This document shows, piece after piece, positions 50,578-63,136 of a stretch of DNA of 64,000 nucleotides (within the stretch, counting starts at the first letter, position 1; the number at the start of each line of letters is the position of its first letter). The position numbers were made by a program, and so were the translations under genes. The stretch is from NCBI GenBank assembly GCA_026914245.1, contig CP110439.1:4526001-4590000 (forward strand). The letters run 5' to 3'. The notes beneath the pieces are model-generated. The model was given only the letters and a program-made list of their open reading frames with translations. It searched no databases and had not been told where the DNA came from. This stretch comes from Puccinia triticina (taxonomy: Eukaryota).

Positions 50578-53500
50578 CCGGTTCCGCGTGTTGTTGAAGA
50601 TTTTATGCCAACAGCCTGCTACAAGTTCTCCGATCTTCTTTATACATCTGCCAATCCTGAGGCTTTCAAGCGATCAACTGAAGAGTTAAGTCATCCTGAA
50701 GCCACTCAGTCGGAATCAATATCCTTGACAAAGCCTTTGAATAGATCACCTGTCAAGCCAAGCTTTCCTGAGGCCTCTCTACGGAGTCCAATCTTGTCGC
50801 CTGCAAATACGAAGGCAGACTTCAAATCCTCTCTGATCCACAAGTTGTGTATCCCTTGGACTCCAAATTGTCCATGATGGCACTGTCAGCTAGGGAAACA
50901 GTGGAAATCGTTGATGGAGGGAAGAGAGTCACCTCCCCGGATCCCTCTGAGCTTGTAATCAAGGCTTTGCATCATCCTACCATCTTTAATGATCAACTGT
51001 CCGAGCGTCATAAGCTTTGGAGCGCCACTGGGGACGACAACAGGATCTTAATTCCCTTCAATCTTTCATCTCTTTGTGGCTTTCTCGACCTTTGCATTGG
51101 CTTTGTTGCACACTTTGATTCCAGCATTTGCTTTGGTTTGGTGACCTCAGGCGGCGAGGCGGATCTTAGTTTCGCGCAGAGGCGGACTGGAGTAGGCTCC
51201 AATCAAATGCTGACATCTGAAGATCGTCTCCGCAACAAGGGTAAACTAATTCTTCTTCAATTGGAGCAAGGGCAAGAATTTTGCAGGAAAAGCTCTGGAC
51301 ATATTGGACCAATTGTCAAATTCAGGACAGGTTCTACGGGCGTTAAGATTTTGGCGGCACTATGCTCTGTCATTGGTTTTCATCCGATCACTTTGGAACT
51401 TTTTGTTATTGTGGAGGCGAGCCAGACTGAAAGTAAGTTCTCCCTCCATAGCATGCATCCCAGGGTAGATGCCACCCCAGTCGTCAAAACCCTACAATCT
51501 GCCACTCTTGTGAGCCACACCCTGTCGCCTCTTGCTTTTTCCAGGTTGGCCGCGATAATACCGACCGTCATCAATTGTTTGAGCGGGACCAGATCTCATT
51601 TGATTCACCTCAAAAGGCACAACAAGTGGGTTTGGGAGCTGCGCCTGACAAGGGAACATTCAGCTGTTAAATTTCATCAAGTTGCTAGCTTGGATCTTGG
51701 CCAACCTATTGGTCTCATCAATGTTTCTTTCCGGTCACCACAAACTTCCTTTGAATCCAAAGAGGATTTTGTTTTTCACTCTTGGGATGCTCCCGCTGTC
51801 ATATCACGATCTCTTAATGACAGCCATCATCAATCTGAATTTGATTCAAGTCAACGTGAAGATATCACGTCCTGCGGGTCTCCTGAAGAAAGGTGTTGGT
51901 CTTGCGACGTCGACTTGAGCATATCCAGCACCCTAGATTTCGGTTCTGATTTTGGACTCCTAGCTAGGTATTTGGGCGTAGCTCTCTCTCTGGATCTTAG
52001 TCAATCTTGGTTCAAGCATTCAGATTCTCAAATCGTTCATGTCAACATGAGTACATGTTTTGTTTTGGGTCTTAGCAAATTTTTCTTCCCTTTTGACTCA
52101 AGTTGGACGGCCAAATCTGGTCCTGCGGCTAAGCAGAACAATCTAGAAGTCAATTCCAATCAACTTCTCACACCCAAGGTGACTCTCTGCAACAAGGGTG
52201 AACTACTGGTACTTCCATCGGAGCGCAATCGAGCAGGTTTAGTTTCAGTGGAGGTAGAGAGACTAGAAGTAAGTTTTCTCCTTAGTATGCGCCTCCGGGT
52301 AGATACTAAAAGAATTGGAGTAACTGAAAGCAGAACAACGGTTCGTACTCTGATAATAGTCTTAGGACTGTGCAGTCTAGGCTGAGTGAGATCTGTGATA
52401 AAAGAAAATTATTGAGGTTGAATAAGGGTCTCGGACTATCAACAATATTGATGATATCTTGTCTCTCCGTAAGTAAATAGCTTGAGTAGCATATTTCTCT
52501 TGTATTGTCCTGCGCGTACGGTGGCGTAGCTTCTGGGTCTGCTTGTCAAACATCGATTTCCTCCAAGAGGTTGTCGGGTTTTCTGGCTTGCTTCTGCAAT
52601 TGGTGCTGCTGGGCTTAACCGCGCGTGCTTCCTCTTGGGTCGCAGCGGGTCTGGGGACCGCGGAAGGGCTTGCCTTTCAACGCAGCTGGGTCTAAGTTCT
52701 GGGGACCGCGGAAGGGCTTGCCTTTCAACGCAGCTGAGTCTAAGTTCTGGGGACCGCGCAGTATTCCATAATGGTTCCTGCTGCCGGTCTTGGTCTGTAT
52801 TCCTATAGCCTGCCATGCTTCTAGTCGCAAGATTAGAAGCAGCGTCAAAGACTTGGATTACGCCTAGTTATGCCAATGAGCGCCAAATAACTGATTGACT
52901 GAGAGCTTTGGTGAAGAAGTCCACCGCAGTTGCTATGGTGTTCACGTAGTGTAGTTTGATTGCATGTAACAGGATGAGTGACGGAATCCAGGCACCACAA
53001 CGACTCCCTTCTCCAAATGTCGTGTATCCAGGCAGTTGCCCCGGTCGGCATCAGCAAGGACTTTGAGTTTAAGGCCCGTCTTCCTCTTGGACGCTAGTCC
53101 AGTGTGCTACGTTCCTGAGAGATAGTGAAGAAGTTGGATGGTGCTCGATATTGCTTTGGGCGTCGACGCGGTCTGGCGGTGGTCCACGCATAACGATGAT
53201 TCTCAGCAACAGGAGGGGCCGTTGCTTTATCAGATACGAGATATGTACCATACGCTTGTGGCGACTCCTGACTTTGCGATTTGCCCAGAATATCAGAGAT
53301 CGCGCGTTCTTCTTTGTTGAATTTGAGATCACACATTTTTCTTCTTCATCTTCAAGATCGCGTGTTCTTCTTCTTCAACTTCGAGATGGCACGTTCTTCT
53401 TCTTGACCTTCGGCAATTCGAGATCACACGTTCTTCCTCTTCAACTTTGAGATTGCGTGTTCTTCTTCTTCAACTGAGATCCACGTTCTTCTTCTTGACC

Positions 53501-54031
53501 TTCGGCTTGGAAGACTGTTAACGCGCCCAAACATCCTGGAAAACTTCACATTCAATCGCATCTTCAAAATCAGTTCGAGGGGCAATACTCTGCTCTTAGT
53601 AAGCTTCTTCGTGCTTGATCCGGTCTGTTTTTCAAGGAAGATCCGGAATTCCTCAATTGAATTAGTAACCTTCAAGATATCCTTGCGATTTTCTCCAGTA
53701 AACTGGTCCCCCAGAGTCAGGGCGCCACCGTTGGTAGGCGGAGAAATCCGCCCGTCGAGATCACCATGAATGATTTCCGGTGGAACAGCAGTTGGTTTGA
53801 AGCGCCCATTAAACGGCACCCTGGGTAGCTTGCCTTTCATGCAAGCCTCGCACAGCTTTGTCTTGGTGAGATTCAGCTTGTCCGGTACGCTTTCGCCGAT
53901 GCGACAAGGGCTGGCGTAACCAGGTCGATGATGTCACATCTGAAGTTCACTTGATCAGAGCTGATGCGGTGTGCATGCTCAACGCTGCGTTCGCTGGGAG
54001 ATTAACGCCAAAGATTCTGAGCAGATCATTA

Positions 54032-55923
54032 CACGGCGGACGCACTTTTAAGGTTTTTCGCCGAAGGTTCTCCAAAGTGCTGATTTTCAATCGAAGAACC
54101 TCCCAAGTCGGGTCCTTCGGTCAATCTTCGAAGAAAATCCGAAGATTTTCCGAAGGTGGGGCAAAAACTTCGAATGACATTCGAAGGTGACAGAAATATC
54201 CGTCCAACCACCGGGTTGGACCGGATAAAACCTTATTATCTGAAATCTTATCCTACTCCGAAGTCCATTCGGAGGAAGGACCCTCCCCTCCCAATATTCT
54301 TCGGAGGGCCTTCGGAGGGCCTTCGGAGGGCCTTCGGAGGACCTTTGAATGTTCCAGACTTTGATGGATCTTCGGAGGAGGGACCCTCCCCTCCCAATAT
54401 TCTTTGAAGGGCCTTTGGAGGACCTTCGAATGTTCCTGACTTCGATGGATCTTCGGAGGCGGAGTCCTCCCCTCCGATTATTTTTCGGAGGGCCTTCGCA
54501 GGCCCTTCGAATGCCATCCCACCGGCAGTCAGCTGACTCAGCACCTGCCACCCACTGCTGGCGACGGTCAACAGGAACCAAACGACCACCCAGGATAACA
54601 TCTTCTTTCTCTGCCTCTGCCTTTCTTTCTCTGCCTTTCTTTCTCTGCCTTTCTTTCTCTGCCTCCCTCTCTCTCTCAATCGGAAAGCAATCCTTATCTA
54701 CCATGTCTTGTCCATCCACCATCCTAGCCAGAAGCAGACTGACTAGCAGCAACAGAGGCTGACCTACCACCCTGCCACACACAGTCGACAAACCGAACCA
54801 AGTCATCAAGGTCCTGGCCTGTGATGGGCGGACAGGCGAGCAACGTGAGATTGGCTACGCCGGCACTCATGTTGTCAGAAACGGCAAGTCCGTCGCATCC
54901 TTCTCCTCCTCCTCTCCAAGCTCCCCTCAACCTGATCCACCATGTAATCCAGCACGGCCAACACCGACCGGACAGGACTGGGACTGGAACGCAAGCCAAG
55001 CTTAGAACTATACCCACCCGTGAAGGGATCGAGCTGATTAATGGCCTGTAGTCGGTCGTGTTTTGCACCCCCACAGCTGCGCTTCAGCCTATCGGACTCG
55101 ACCCTGCCGCTGATCACGACGAAAAAGGTGCACACAAAGGTGATCATCCACAAGCTGCTCTGGTTCATCCGGGGATTGACTTCAACGCGAGCTGAGTGAG
55201 GCGGGGGTCCGGATCTGAGATCCCAACGGCTTGCGCGCCTACCTTGACTCGGTCGGCCTCTCCTGGTACGACGAGGGCACCCTGCGCCCGATCTACGGCT
55301 TCTTTCCCCCTTCTTTCTCTCTCCCCCCCTTCTTTCTCTCCCCCCCCCTTCTTTCTCTCTCCCCCCCTTCTTTCTCTCCTCTCTCTACATGTATGTACTA
55401 CCATATATTAGCCAAACAAGAAATACACAAAGATATCCTACACAATTGTGAGGGGGGGGGGGGGGGGCACGGGCCCACCCGATCCCGGAACATTCCGTCC
55501 GATCAAGCCTCAAGCCTGTCCAATCAAGCCCGATTGGAGGAGCCCGATCGGGGGGGGGGGGGGCAATCTGAGGAGCCCAACAGGACGCGCACTTCGATTG
55601 GCCTTTGAAGAATCTTCCGAGTGCCTTCGAAGGCCTGTTCAAATTATACATTCGAAGCCTCTTCAAAGTCGGCATTCGAAGGGGCTTCGAAGTTTTTCCA
55701 AAGGCCTGCTGAAGAATCTTCGAATGTCCTTTGGAGAGCCTTTGGAGGAGGGTTTTCCTCCGAAGGCTCTCCGAAGGACATTCGAAGTTCCGTTGAAATC
55801 TTACTTCGGAGGAACTTCGTCAGATATTTTGACCAAGTGCCGACCGTCCGCTGCTGCTGGCGGGTACTTTGGAGGCTCTCCGAAATACTTTTGGAGATAC
55901 TTTGGAGTTTTGCGTCCGCCGTG
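54032..55923. mobile_element. Non-autonomous CACTA-like element nested in the Copia
   Basis: TIRs cacggcggacgca / tgcgtccgccgtg, 2-bp TSD TA, dense subterminal ttcggagg/ttcgaa repeats. Confidence 0.8.
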
Positions 55924-56891
55924 TAGACACGTCCACTCGGAAGGGTTTCTCGTTCTTCATCTTAACTACGTAGCTTCCGTTTTGTTCAAAGATGCTTGGC
56001 TTGCATGTGAGTAGTTGTATCATTTACACAAGATTTCTTGTTGGGTTTGAAACAAACAAAGCGTCTCGTACTGTGATTACTTGTCTCAATTCAAGATATA
56101 GATGAGCAGTTCCCCGAGCTACAACCACAAGTTTTGCACAGCCGCTTCCCGTGATGATGCTTATATCGACTAAGTCTGTACCTCCCTATACTGCAGATGG
56201 TCGGCGGACCGGTCGGCTTGCGTGGTTTGTGACCAGTACTCGTAGAGACGGCTGTTGAGGTAGAAAAGCAAGCGAGGATATCCAGGCGTCTGATTTCATC
56301 TTCCTTATTCTGCTGTTGATAGATTAGGCTAGTACTCCCCATTGCGTTCAAACACAAAAGGTTCTTGGATAAATGTGAGGAACCATCAAAAAGAGTGAGC
56401 AAAGGTTGTGTTTGTTAGCCACGAGGGTCTAGTTCATGACAGTCAATGATTGAGCTCTCGTGGCGTCCGAGACAAGCCACAAATGTGCTGGACTGGGTCT
56501 CTAGTGCATCAGTACGGCTATCGAGACCCAATTCAGCTGAAGAAGACTGAGTGGCCTAGCCGTAGTGGTGGCCGGGAGCGCCGGACGCTAGACACAACGT
56601 GCAGCATCGTGTTTTCTTCTCTCTTCTTCGAGGAATCGATCAACCAGTGATTTGACATGCTCGCTGCGCTCGACCAGGGGGGTAAGTAATTTTTGGGTCA
56701 AAACAAGGTCGTCCCCCGAGCTATCGGAAAACCCATCGGAATAATCGTCCTCAGAATCACCGGAAGTCATCAAGAATCTTGGAGTGAACCTTAGTTCGTT
56801 GGTAGGAGAAGGAATTTTAGGAGGATAAGAACTATCGTTGTTGTCTTTAAAGGGCTCGGTGATTTCTCGGTCGTTTGATAATGAAAGATTC

Positions 56892-57148
56892 AAGTCTGAT
56901 GGGCGATGGGATTCCCTGATAGTCACAATGATACCAGGACAAGTTGACAATGACAACTGTCTGTGGGCGGCAACGACTGGCGATGAGCTGAGTTCAGATT
57001 CATCCATCACCTTCCGATTAAGTCTGATGGGTGATGGGATTCCCTGATAGTCACAATGATACCAGGACAAGTTGACAATGACAACTGTCTGTGGGCGGCA
57101 ACGACTGGCGATGAGCTGAGTTCAGATTCATCCATCACCTTCCGATTA
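56892..57148. repeat. 128-bp tandem duplication within the Copia gag region
   Basis: Two near-identical units start at 56892 and 57020. Confidence 0.9.
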
Positions 57149-57259
57149 ATTGCGGATTCATGTCGACCGATGTCCCTGAGCTTCACGGTCATTTCTTTGG
57201 GTTTGGCGAGAGCATTGCCTATGAGTTCGTCCGGTACTTTGAGACCAATCTAGCTGTAG

Positions 57260-57647
57260 CAACAAAGGGTAGTTACGCTACGCGTAACGCGTAGATAATG
57301 GCAACATAACAGAATTTTTGTCGTTATCTACGTGTTACGCGTAACGGCGGTGCAATTGCGTTATTGCACCACATTAAGCCGGTTTTTTCATGCTAGTTGC
57401 GTTATCCGGGCGCGCGGAGCCCCTGAGAGCGGGCAAAAAATGCGGCTAAAATGCCTTAAACAGTCCGTTATCGCGTTATCCGGGGGATAACGCGATAACG
57501 GGCCTCAAAAATGAGGCCCTTTACGTTACGCGCGGGGCCTAAAACGGCCCCGTTACTAGTAAAGTAACGGGGGGCCCCGGATAATGGGGATAGTTACGTT
57601 ACCAAAATTGCGCGGATAACGCAACGTAATGTAACTACCCTTTGTTG
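57260..57647. mobile_element. MITE with CAAC ends and 7-bp TSD nested in Copia gag
   Basis: TIRs caacaaagggtagttac / gtaactaccctttgttg; perfect TSD gctgtag. Confidence 0.9.
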
Positions 57648-57947
57648 GCTGTAGTTGACCAGACTTTCTTCTAGTTGCGTGCGCTTCATACGTTTCCGTT
57701 CCCAGAGCGGAAAATTTGAACCATCCAATTTTGTCACGTTAACGTGGTCTTTGTCTGGACTGTAAGCGTCATTCTAGCTTCTTTGGGGAGTTGCAGCGGC
57801 TTGCGATATGAGGGTTGCCGGCTTGAACGGTGTTTGGGTTTGAAGCTGTGCCGGCACTACCTTCACCGCCATTTGCACTCCGATTTTGAGTCCCTAGCTT
57901 GTTGTCCTGCTTTCAGTTATCAATTGAGGAAGTTGCTCCAAGCGATA

Positions 57948-57961
57948 CAAGACTGTAAATC
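57948..57961 (-). promoter_or_regulatory. Primer-binding site complementary to the tRNA-Tyr anticodon arm
   Basis: Minus strand GATTTACAGTCTTG abuts the 5' LTR; the same motif abuts the LTR at 2911-2922. Confidence 0.75.
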
Positions 57962-58780
57962 TAAAAGAATTGGAATGTCTGAAAGCAGAACAACGGTTTG
58001 TACTCTGATAATAGTCTTAGGACTGTGCAGTCTAGGCTGAGTGAGATCTGTGATAAAAGAAAATTATTTAGGTTGAATAAGGGTCTCGGACTATCAACAA
58101 TATTGATGATATCTTGTCTCTCCGTAAGTAAATAGCTTGAGTAGCGTATTTCTCTTGTATTGTCCTGCGCGTACGGTGGCGTAGCTTCTGGGTCTGCTTT
58201 TCAAACATTGATTTCCTCCAAGAGGTTGTCGGGTTTTCTGGCTTGCTTCTGCAATCGGTGCTGCTGGGCTTAACCGCGCGTGCTTCCTCTTGGGTCGCAG
58301 CGGGTCTGGGGACCGCGGAAGGGCTTGCCTTTCAACGCAGCTGGGTCTAAGTTCTGGGGACTGCGGAAGGGCTTGCCTTTCAACGCAGCTGAGTCTAAGT
58401 TCTGGGGACCGCGCAGTATTCCATAATGGTTCCTGCTGCCGGTCTTGGTCTGTATTCCTACAGATCCATACTGTGTTGTCAAAACCCTACGTCCTGCCAC
58501 TATTGTGAGCCATACGCGGTCGCCCTTCTCTTTTTCTAGTTTGGCTTTGTTACGGTTGATTATCATCAGTCAGCATAGCAAGATTGGATTTTCTATGTTT
58601 CATTGGAAGAAGGTCGCGGAATGGTCTAGGAAGCAGCGCCTGGAGAGGGAATTCTCAGACCACCAAGTTCCTCGAGCTCCCAGTTTAGAATTGAATCAAT
58701 CCAACGCGAGTTTCAGCATCAGGTTTGGAAAGATGGTTCACCCTCCCGATCCTGCTTGATCTCAGATCAAGTCTTCAATT

Positions 58781-59880
58781 TGTCAGGCGTGGTGATGCCA
58801 AGAGTAGTATACTCTTCTAGCTACACCGGTGACTGCGCAGCAGAGCGGTGGTAAGCGCAATAAAAGCGCGGTAGAATTATAAAAATAACTTAAAGTTATT
58901 TTTAGGAAAAGACCCAAAAGGGATTTAATGGAGGGGCCAGGAGCGCCTGGGGTATTTAAGTGCCCTCCGGTGATCTTACAGGGCCTGCGCATGAGATGCG
59001 CAGGGGTTTTTATAAAACCTGTGACTTCTGGGGCCCAACTAAGGGTGTGTTTCAAACGTATAAACGTTCCCAGGCTAGGGGATAGAGATCCCAATAAAGA
59101 AAGGAAACTAGTGGACTTACTCGTCGAGGAAGTCCACGGCAAAAAACAGGCAACTCAAAAAAAACCGAAGTCAAAGGACTGGCAGGCTGGCGAACTGGTC
59201 AAATAGACGAGGGCGAGGCTGGCGGTACTTGCGAAGTGGTTAATATGAATATGGGGAGGCTTTTACTCGCTCAAAAGCCTCCCTTTATATATTCTTGCAG
59301 CGACCGGTAAGGTCGCTGTTCTATTTTCAAATTCATCGCGGCTTCTTGGCCGTGGGAAGAACTAGTTAGGACAGGAGTGGTAGAGCGCTCTATTGCTCGC
59401 ATCACTCCTGTCCTCTTTACTCAACAGCAAGTGTTGCTCTTCCTTGGTCCAAGGAAGAGTTCCACTTGTTATGACGTTTTCTTTGTTGTTCGTCTTCGGC
59501 CGGGGGAGACGCAGCCGTTTACTTCTTCACTACTCTCCTCCGGCCGTTTCCTGTAGAACGTTCTACGGGTTTTTTTGTTAGTTCAAAAATAGCAAACCCG
59601 TTCTCTTGGCCTGAGAACGGGTTTTTTGAATCATGGCTACTATCTTCTCTCCGGCCGCTACCTGCGGCTGGAGTTTTGACAGTCTCTCCTTGACTCTATG
59701 CATTGTTCGAGGAGAGGGTTTTTATTACCTATTCATTTTTGTATGCGCAGCGCTCTGCGCCGCTATTATTGTTCAATAATGAATATGGTATTCATTTTAT
59801 ACGGGCGAAATGCGTACTTTTTAACAGCTGTTATATATCAGTTAGCTGGGCTCTAACTTAATATAGTAGCCCGGCGGACA
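58781..59880. mobile_element. 1.1-kb solo LTR
   Basis: tgtc...gaca termini with perfect 5-bp TSD caatt. Confidence 0.85.
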
Positions 59881-62119
59881 CAATTTGTTGGATGGTTTGG
59901 GTAAAATCTAAAAGAATTCACAGAACTATGATTTTATTTCTTTTAATTAGACTTTATGTGGCTCAATAACAATGTGGTCTGTTGTATAGTTGCGCATAGG
60001 AAATGGACTAAGAATTTACCTAGGAGAAAGCAAACGGGCCGCTCTTCAACAAGTGGGAAGGAATGATGATGGGAGTAGAAAGAAGCGCAAGTTCCGCGTA
60101 TATTGTCTCAACAATCTGCATCCCGTTAACCATCATAATCAGCTTATTATTCCTTTTGTTGCATTTCTTAGGTTTGTTTCCTTACACTCTATGAGCCTTG
60201 AGCCCTTAGGGTCTGTTTGATTGATTCTCAGCAAAACGGCAAAGGATTAGCGCAACATTATCTGTAGCAGTTTTGCATTCCTTTTAGCTCTTAGTTTCTA
60301 TGTGCTGACTTGGGGACCTTTGTGCTCAACGACTGTTTCCTCTTTACTTTGTGTGGAATTGGTTCGAGCGGTCTTTTTCTTTGGGGGTTAATTATGTGAG
60401 AATACAGGACCAGACCCCAACCCGCAGCAACCGCATAGGAAGCTCGCGCGGCAAGACAAAATCCAAACCCAAACCCCAGCTGCTAAGAAAGGTAATGTCA
60501 GCCTTAGAGTCATCACAGCTGACCCAAAGTCTGCCTTTTATCTACTTTTACATATGAATTGCTTTACATCTTTTCCATCTTAAGAGATATCCTTATTCTG
60601 ACTTCATATTCTGTTTCCTCACGCAATTTTAACCCTAGTTACAACTCACCAATTCTTTGTAACTCTACTCCTTCCCTGAGTCCTTGAGTTGTGGCGCGCA
60701 TGCGCAGTTGTGACGTGTCAGCGCTACCAGGCGCGCCAAACCACATGTACATATGTAATTACATAAGCAAACTGTGAAAATTTTTGAAGTCAGGATCCCC
60801 CTTGCCTGAGGAGGATCTACAGACTTCAGACCACCCAGAACCACACCGTAGATAACCCAGGATCACCTTACAAGAGGATACCACGCTCCCAGTACTCCTA
60901 CCGTCACAGGCGCCTAGGATATTGACAGTAAGTATACTCTTCATTTGAACCTTGATTATCCAGAGTGATTCTCTGTGCCTCCTGATTGCTCCTCTTTATT
61001 GCTTTCACCTCTACTATTCTCAAGATCAAAGGTTACTCTGTTAATCCTAGACTCAGTCTAAAAATCAGAGCAGATTAGTATTACTATTCTGTGTCCCCCC
61101 ACCGTCTCCTTGGTGCGCGCGGAGGCTGTAGCCCTTGTTGGTCTGGCACAGCTGTCCTTATCACTTTTCCAGGTGATTCAAGTAGACTTTTGAGGATCCT
61201 CCTACAAGGAGTAGATAGACCCCCTCCAGATCATTATATTCTCTGTCTCTTTCTCCTTCTTTCTCTTTCTCTCTTCTCTCTGATTGTAGTTCTTTATCCC
61301 AAGAAATACAACCAGTGCCTCCCACTTTTCTTGTGTCCTGTAGCCACTATAGAGGCTCAGGCTCACAGGTAAGCTGTAAGCCCCTTTCGCAGTCCCAGAC
61401 CTAACCCAGATCCCAGACCAAAAGCTAACTGTATCGCTCCGTCGATTGCAGCACCCAAACCTTCATCGGCAGCCACCCCGGCCAAAGCCAAGACAAAGCC
61501 AGCGCTAAAGTTCAAAACCCTGTACGTCCCGAGATAAGATCGCAGCACTTCTAGCAAGGCTGACTGAATCTTGTTCTTTAAACAGAACACTCGCAGAACG
61601 ACTCGGCAACAAACCAAAAGACGCCCTCCTAGACAGGATCACAAACGGTCTAACGACTGGTAAGTGATCCAACGTCCTCAGACCATAGACATACAAAAAA
61701 AGAAAGTACAACAGCTGACTTGAACAAACTTCGTTTGTCAAGCAGACCAAAACAGCACGACAGAGCTCTGCCGCAGGGACAAAATGAAGATCCTAAACTA
61801 GCTTCGTCCCGTACTGGTGAGTTGGAGACCAGACAAGAAAAACAAAAGAGACATGAGTTCTCATTGCTGACCAACATGGCTGCATGGACCACAGTTAGTT
61901 TCCATAACTAAACCTATCAGCGAATCCGCACGGAGTTCGTCAAGCTACCACATCCTTGTCTCCCCAGTCAATCCCAGCAACAACTCGAGTCCGCCTTGAG
62001 TTGCTTTCAGGTACTACATGCGCAGACCTTCTTGTTTTACATTATAAGTTGTCTCGAGATTTTAGTTGTACTAGTTTCTGATTGGAATAAATCCTTTTCA
62101 GTTGCTCCAATTTTTTCAA

Positions 62120-63136
62120 ATTAATCGACTCCCATAAATTAGAGTTCCGACTCCCAAATGTCGCGGACGTCCGGGAGACCGCCGCAAGACGTCCGCTGCG
62201 GGTCAACCAGACCTCAATTTGACCCGGCCGACTTTTGGGAGTCGGAACTCAAATTCCTCCCGAAAGTTTGGGAGTCGGAAATTTAATTCCAAAATATTTC
62301 CATCAAATCAAATAAATTCAATAAATCCTCAATGGGGCATCCAAATGCCCCCAAAATTTTACAGCCATCTGGGGAAACACCTTTGAGCATATTGTGAGCT
62401 TCACGGCGGGATTACACATCAGCAACACCTCATATGAGTGTGGGGTGGATTTCGCGGATTTCCTACTAAGGCAAACCACCAAATCCTGAGCTACGGTGCT
62501 CCAGAAGCCTGCAGATTTTTTCTGCCACATAAATACACTCTCTAGAGCATATGTTAAGCTTCACGGCATTAGCACACCTCAGGGAGAGCCTGTGTAGCCG
62601 GGGGCGGATTTGGCGGATTTCCTACTACTGCAATGCGCCATATCCTGAGATATGGTGATCCAAATGCCCCCATAATATTTCTGACACATAAATACACTCT
62701 CTAGAACATATTTTGAGATTTACGGGTGTATTACACATCAGGGAAATCCTGTGTAGCCGGGGGCGGATTAGGCGGATTTCCTACTAAGGCAATTGTTGTA
62801 GTTTTCTTCCTCTGCACTGTCCTACGCCGTTAGGAATTTTTTTGCGGTATGTGTCGGTAATTGTATATAAGAGGGCAGGGAATCCTTTGATCAGCCTCCA
62901 AATTTTTTATCTCTTCTTGATCAGAAGATATAGAGGGTTCAAGTGAGGATAAGCAGTAGGAAATTTGCCTAATCCGCCCCCGGCTACACAGGATTTCCCT
63001 GATGTGTAATACACCCGTAAATATCAAAATATGTTCTAGAGAGTGTATTTATGTGTCATAAATATTCTGGGGGCATTTGGATCACCATATCTCAGGATAT
63101 GGCGCATTGCGGTAGTAGGAAATCCGCCAAATCCGC
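62120..63136. mobile_element. Truncated foldback element related to 25389-27054
   Basis: Shares gggagtcggaa and tgtagccggggg...tttcctacta ~160-bp units; partial inverted arm 62955-63136. Confidence 0.75.

Larger units (their letters stand above)
49126..52306 (+). pseudogene. Long degenerate gag-like ORF split by insertions; continues at 58463-58759
   Basis: MVEIIPQDQDLAFDGTNVKEFLKSY...LDGFE|DHDWSKLKAFMLAYW rejoins in frame after removing 49319-49501; ESLPV|PRVVEDF rejoins after removing 50356-50577. Confidence 0.65.
52307..58462 (-). mobile_element. Internally deleted Copia LTR retrotransposon
   Basis: 501-bp LTRs (52307-52807, 57962-58462), TSD gatac/gatcc. Relics in Copia order: gag (KLDGSNFPLWERK), protease region (VRDALFVSNPTRNLV), pre-integrase (CEACMKGKLPRVPF...IHGDL), RNase H end (IKLHYVNT...DFFTKAL). 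Most of the integrase core and RT are missing. Confidence 0.9.

Noticed and set aside
50847..52385. Standalone 512-aa gene as given by the ORF track
   Set aside because: The last ~26 codons read into the Copia LTR; the original continuation is at 58463.
54087..56014. Several 100-240 aa ORFs
   Set aside because: They derive from subterminal repeats and CT-rich tracts of the nested CACTA-like element.
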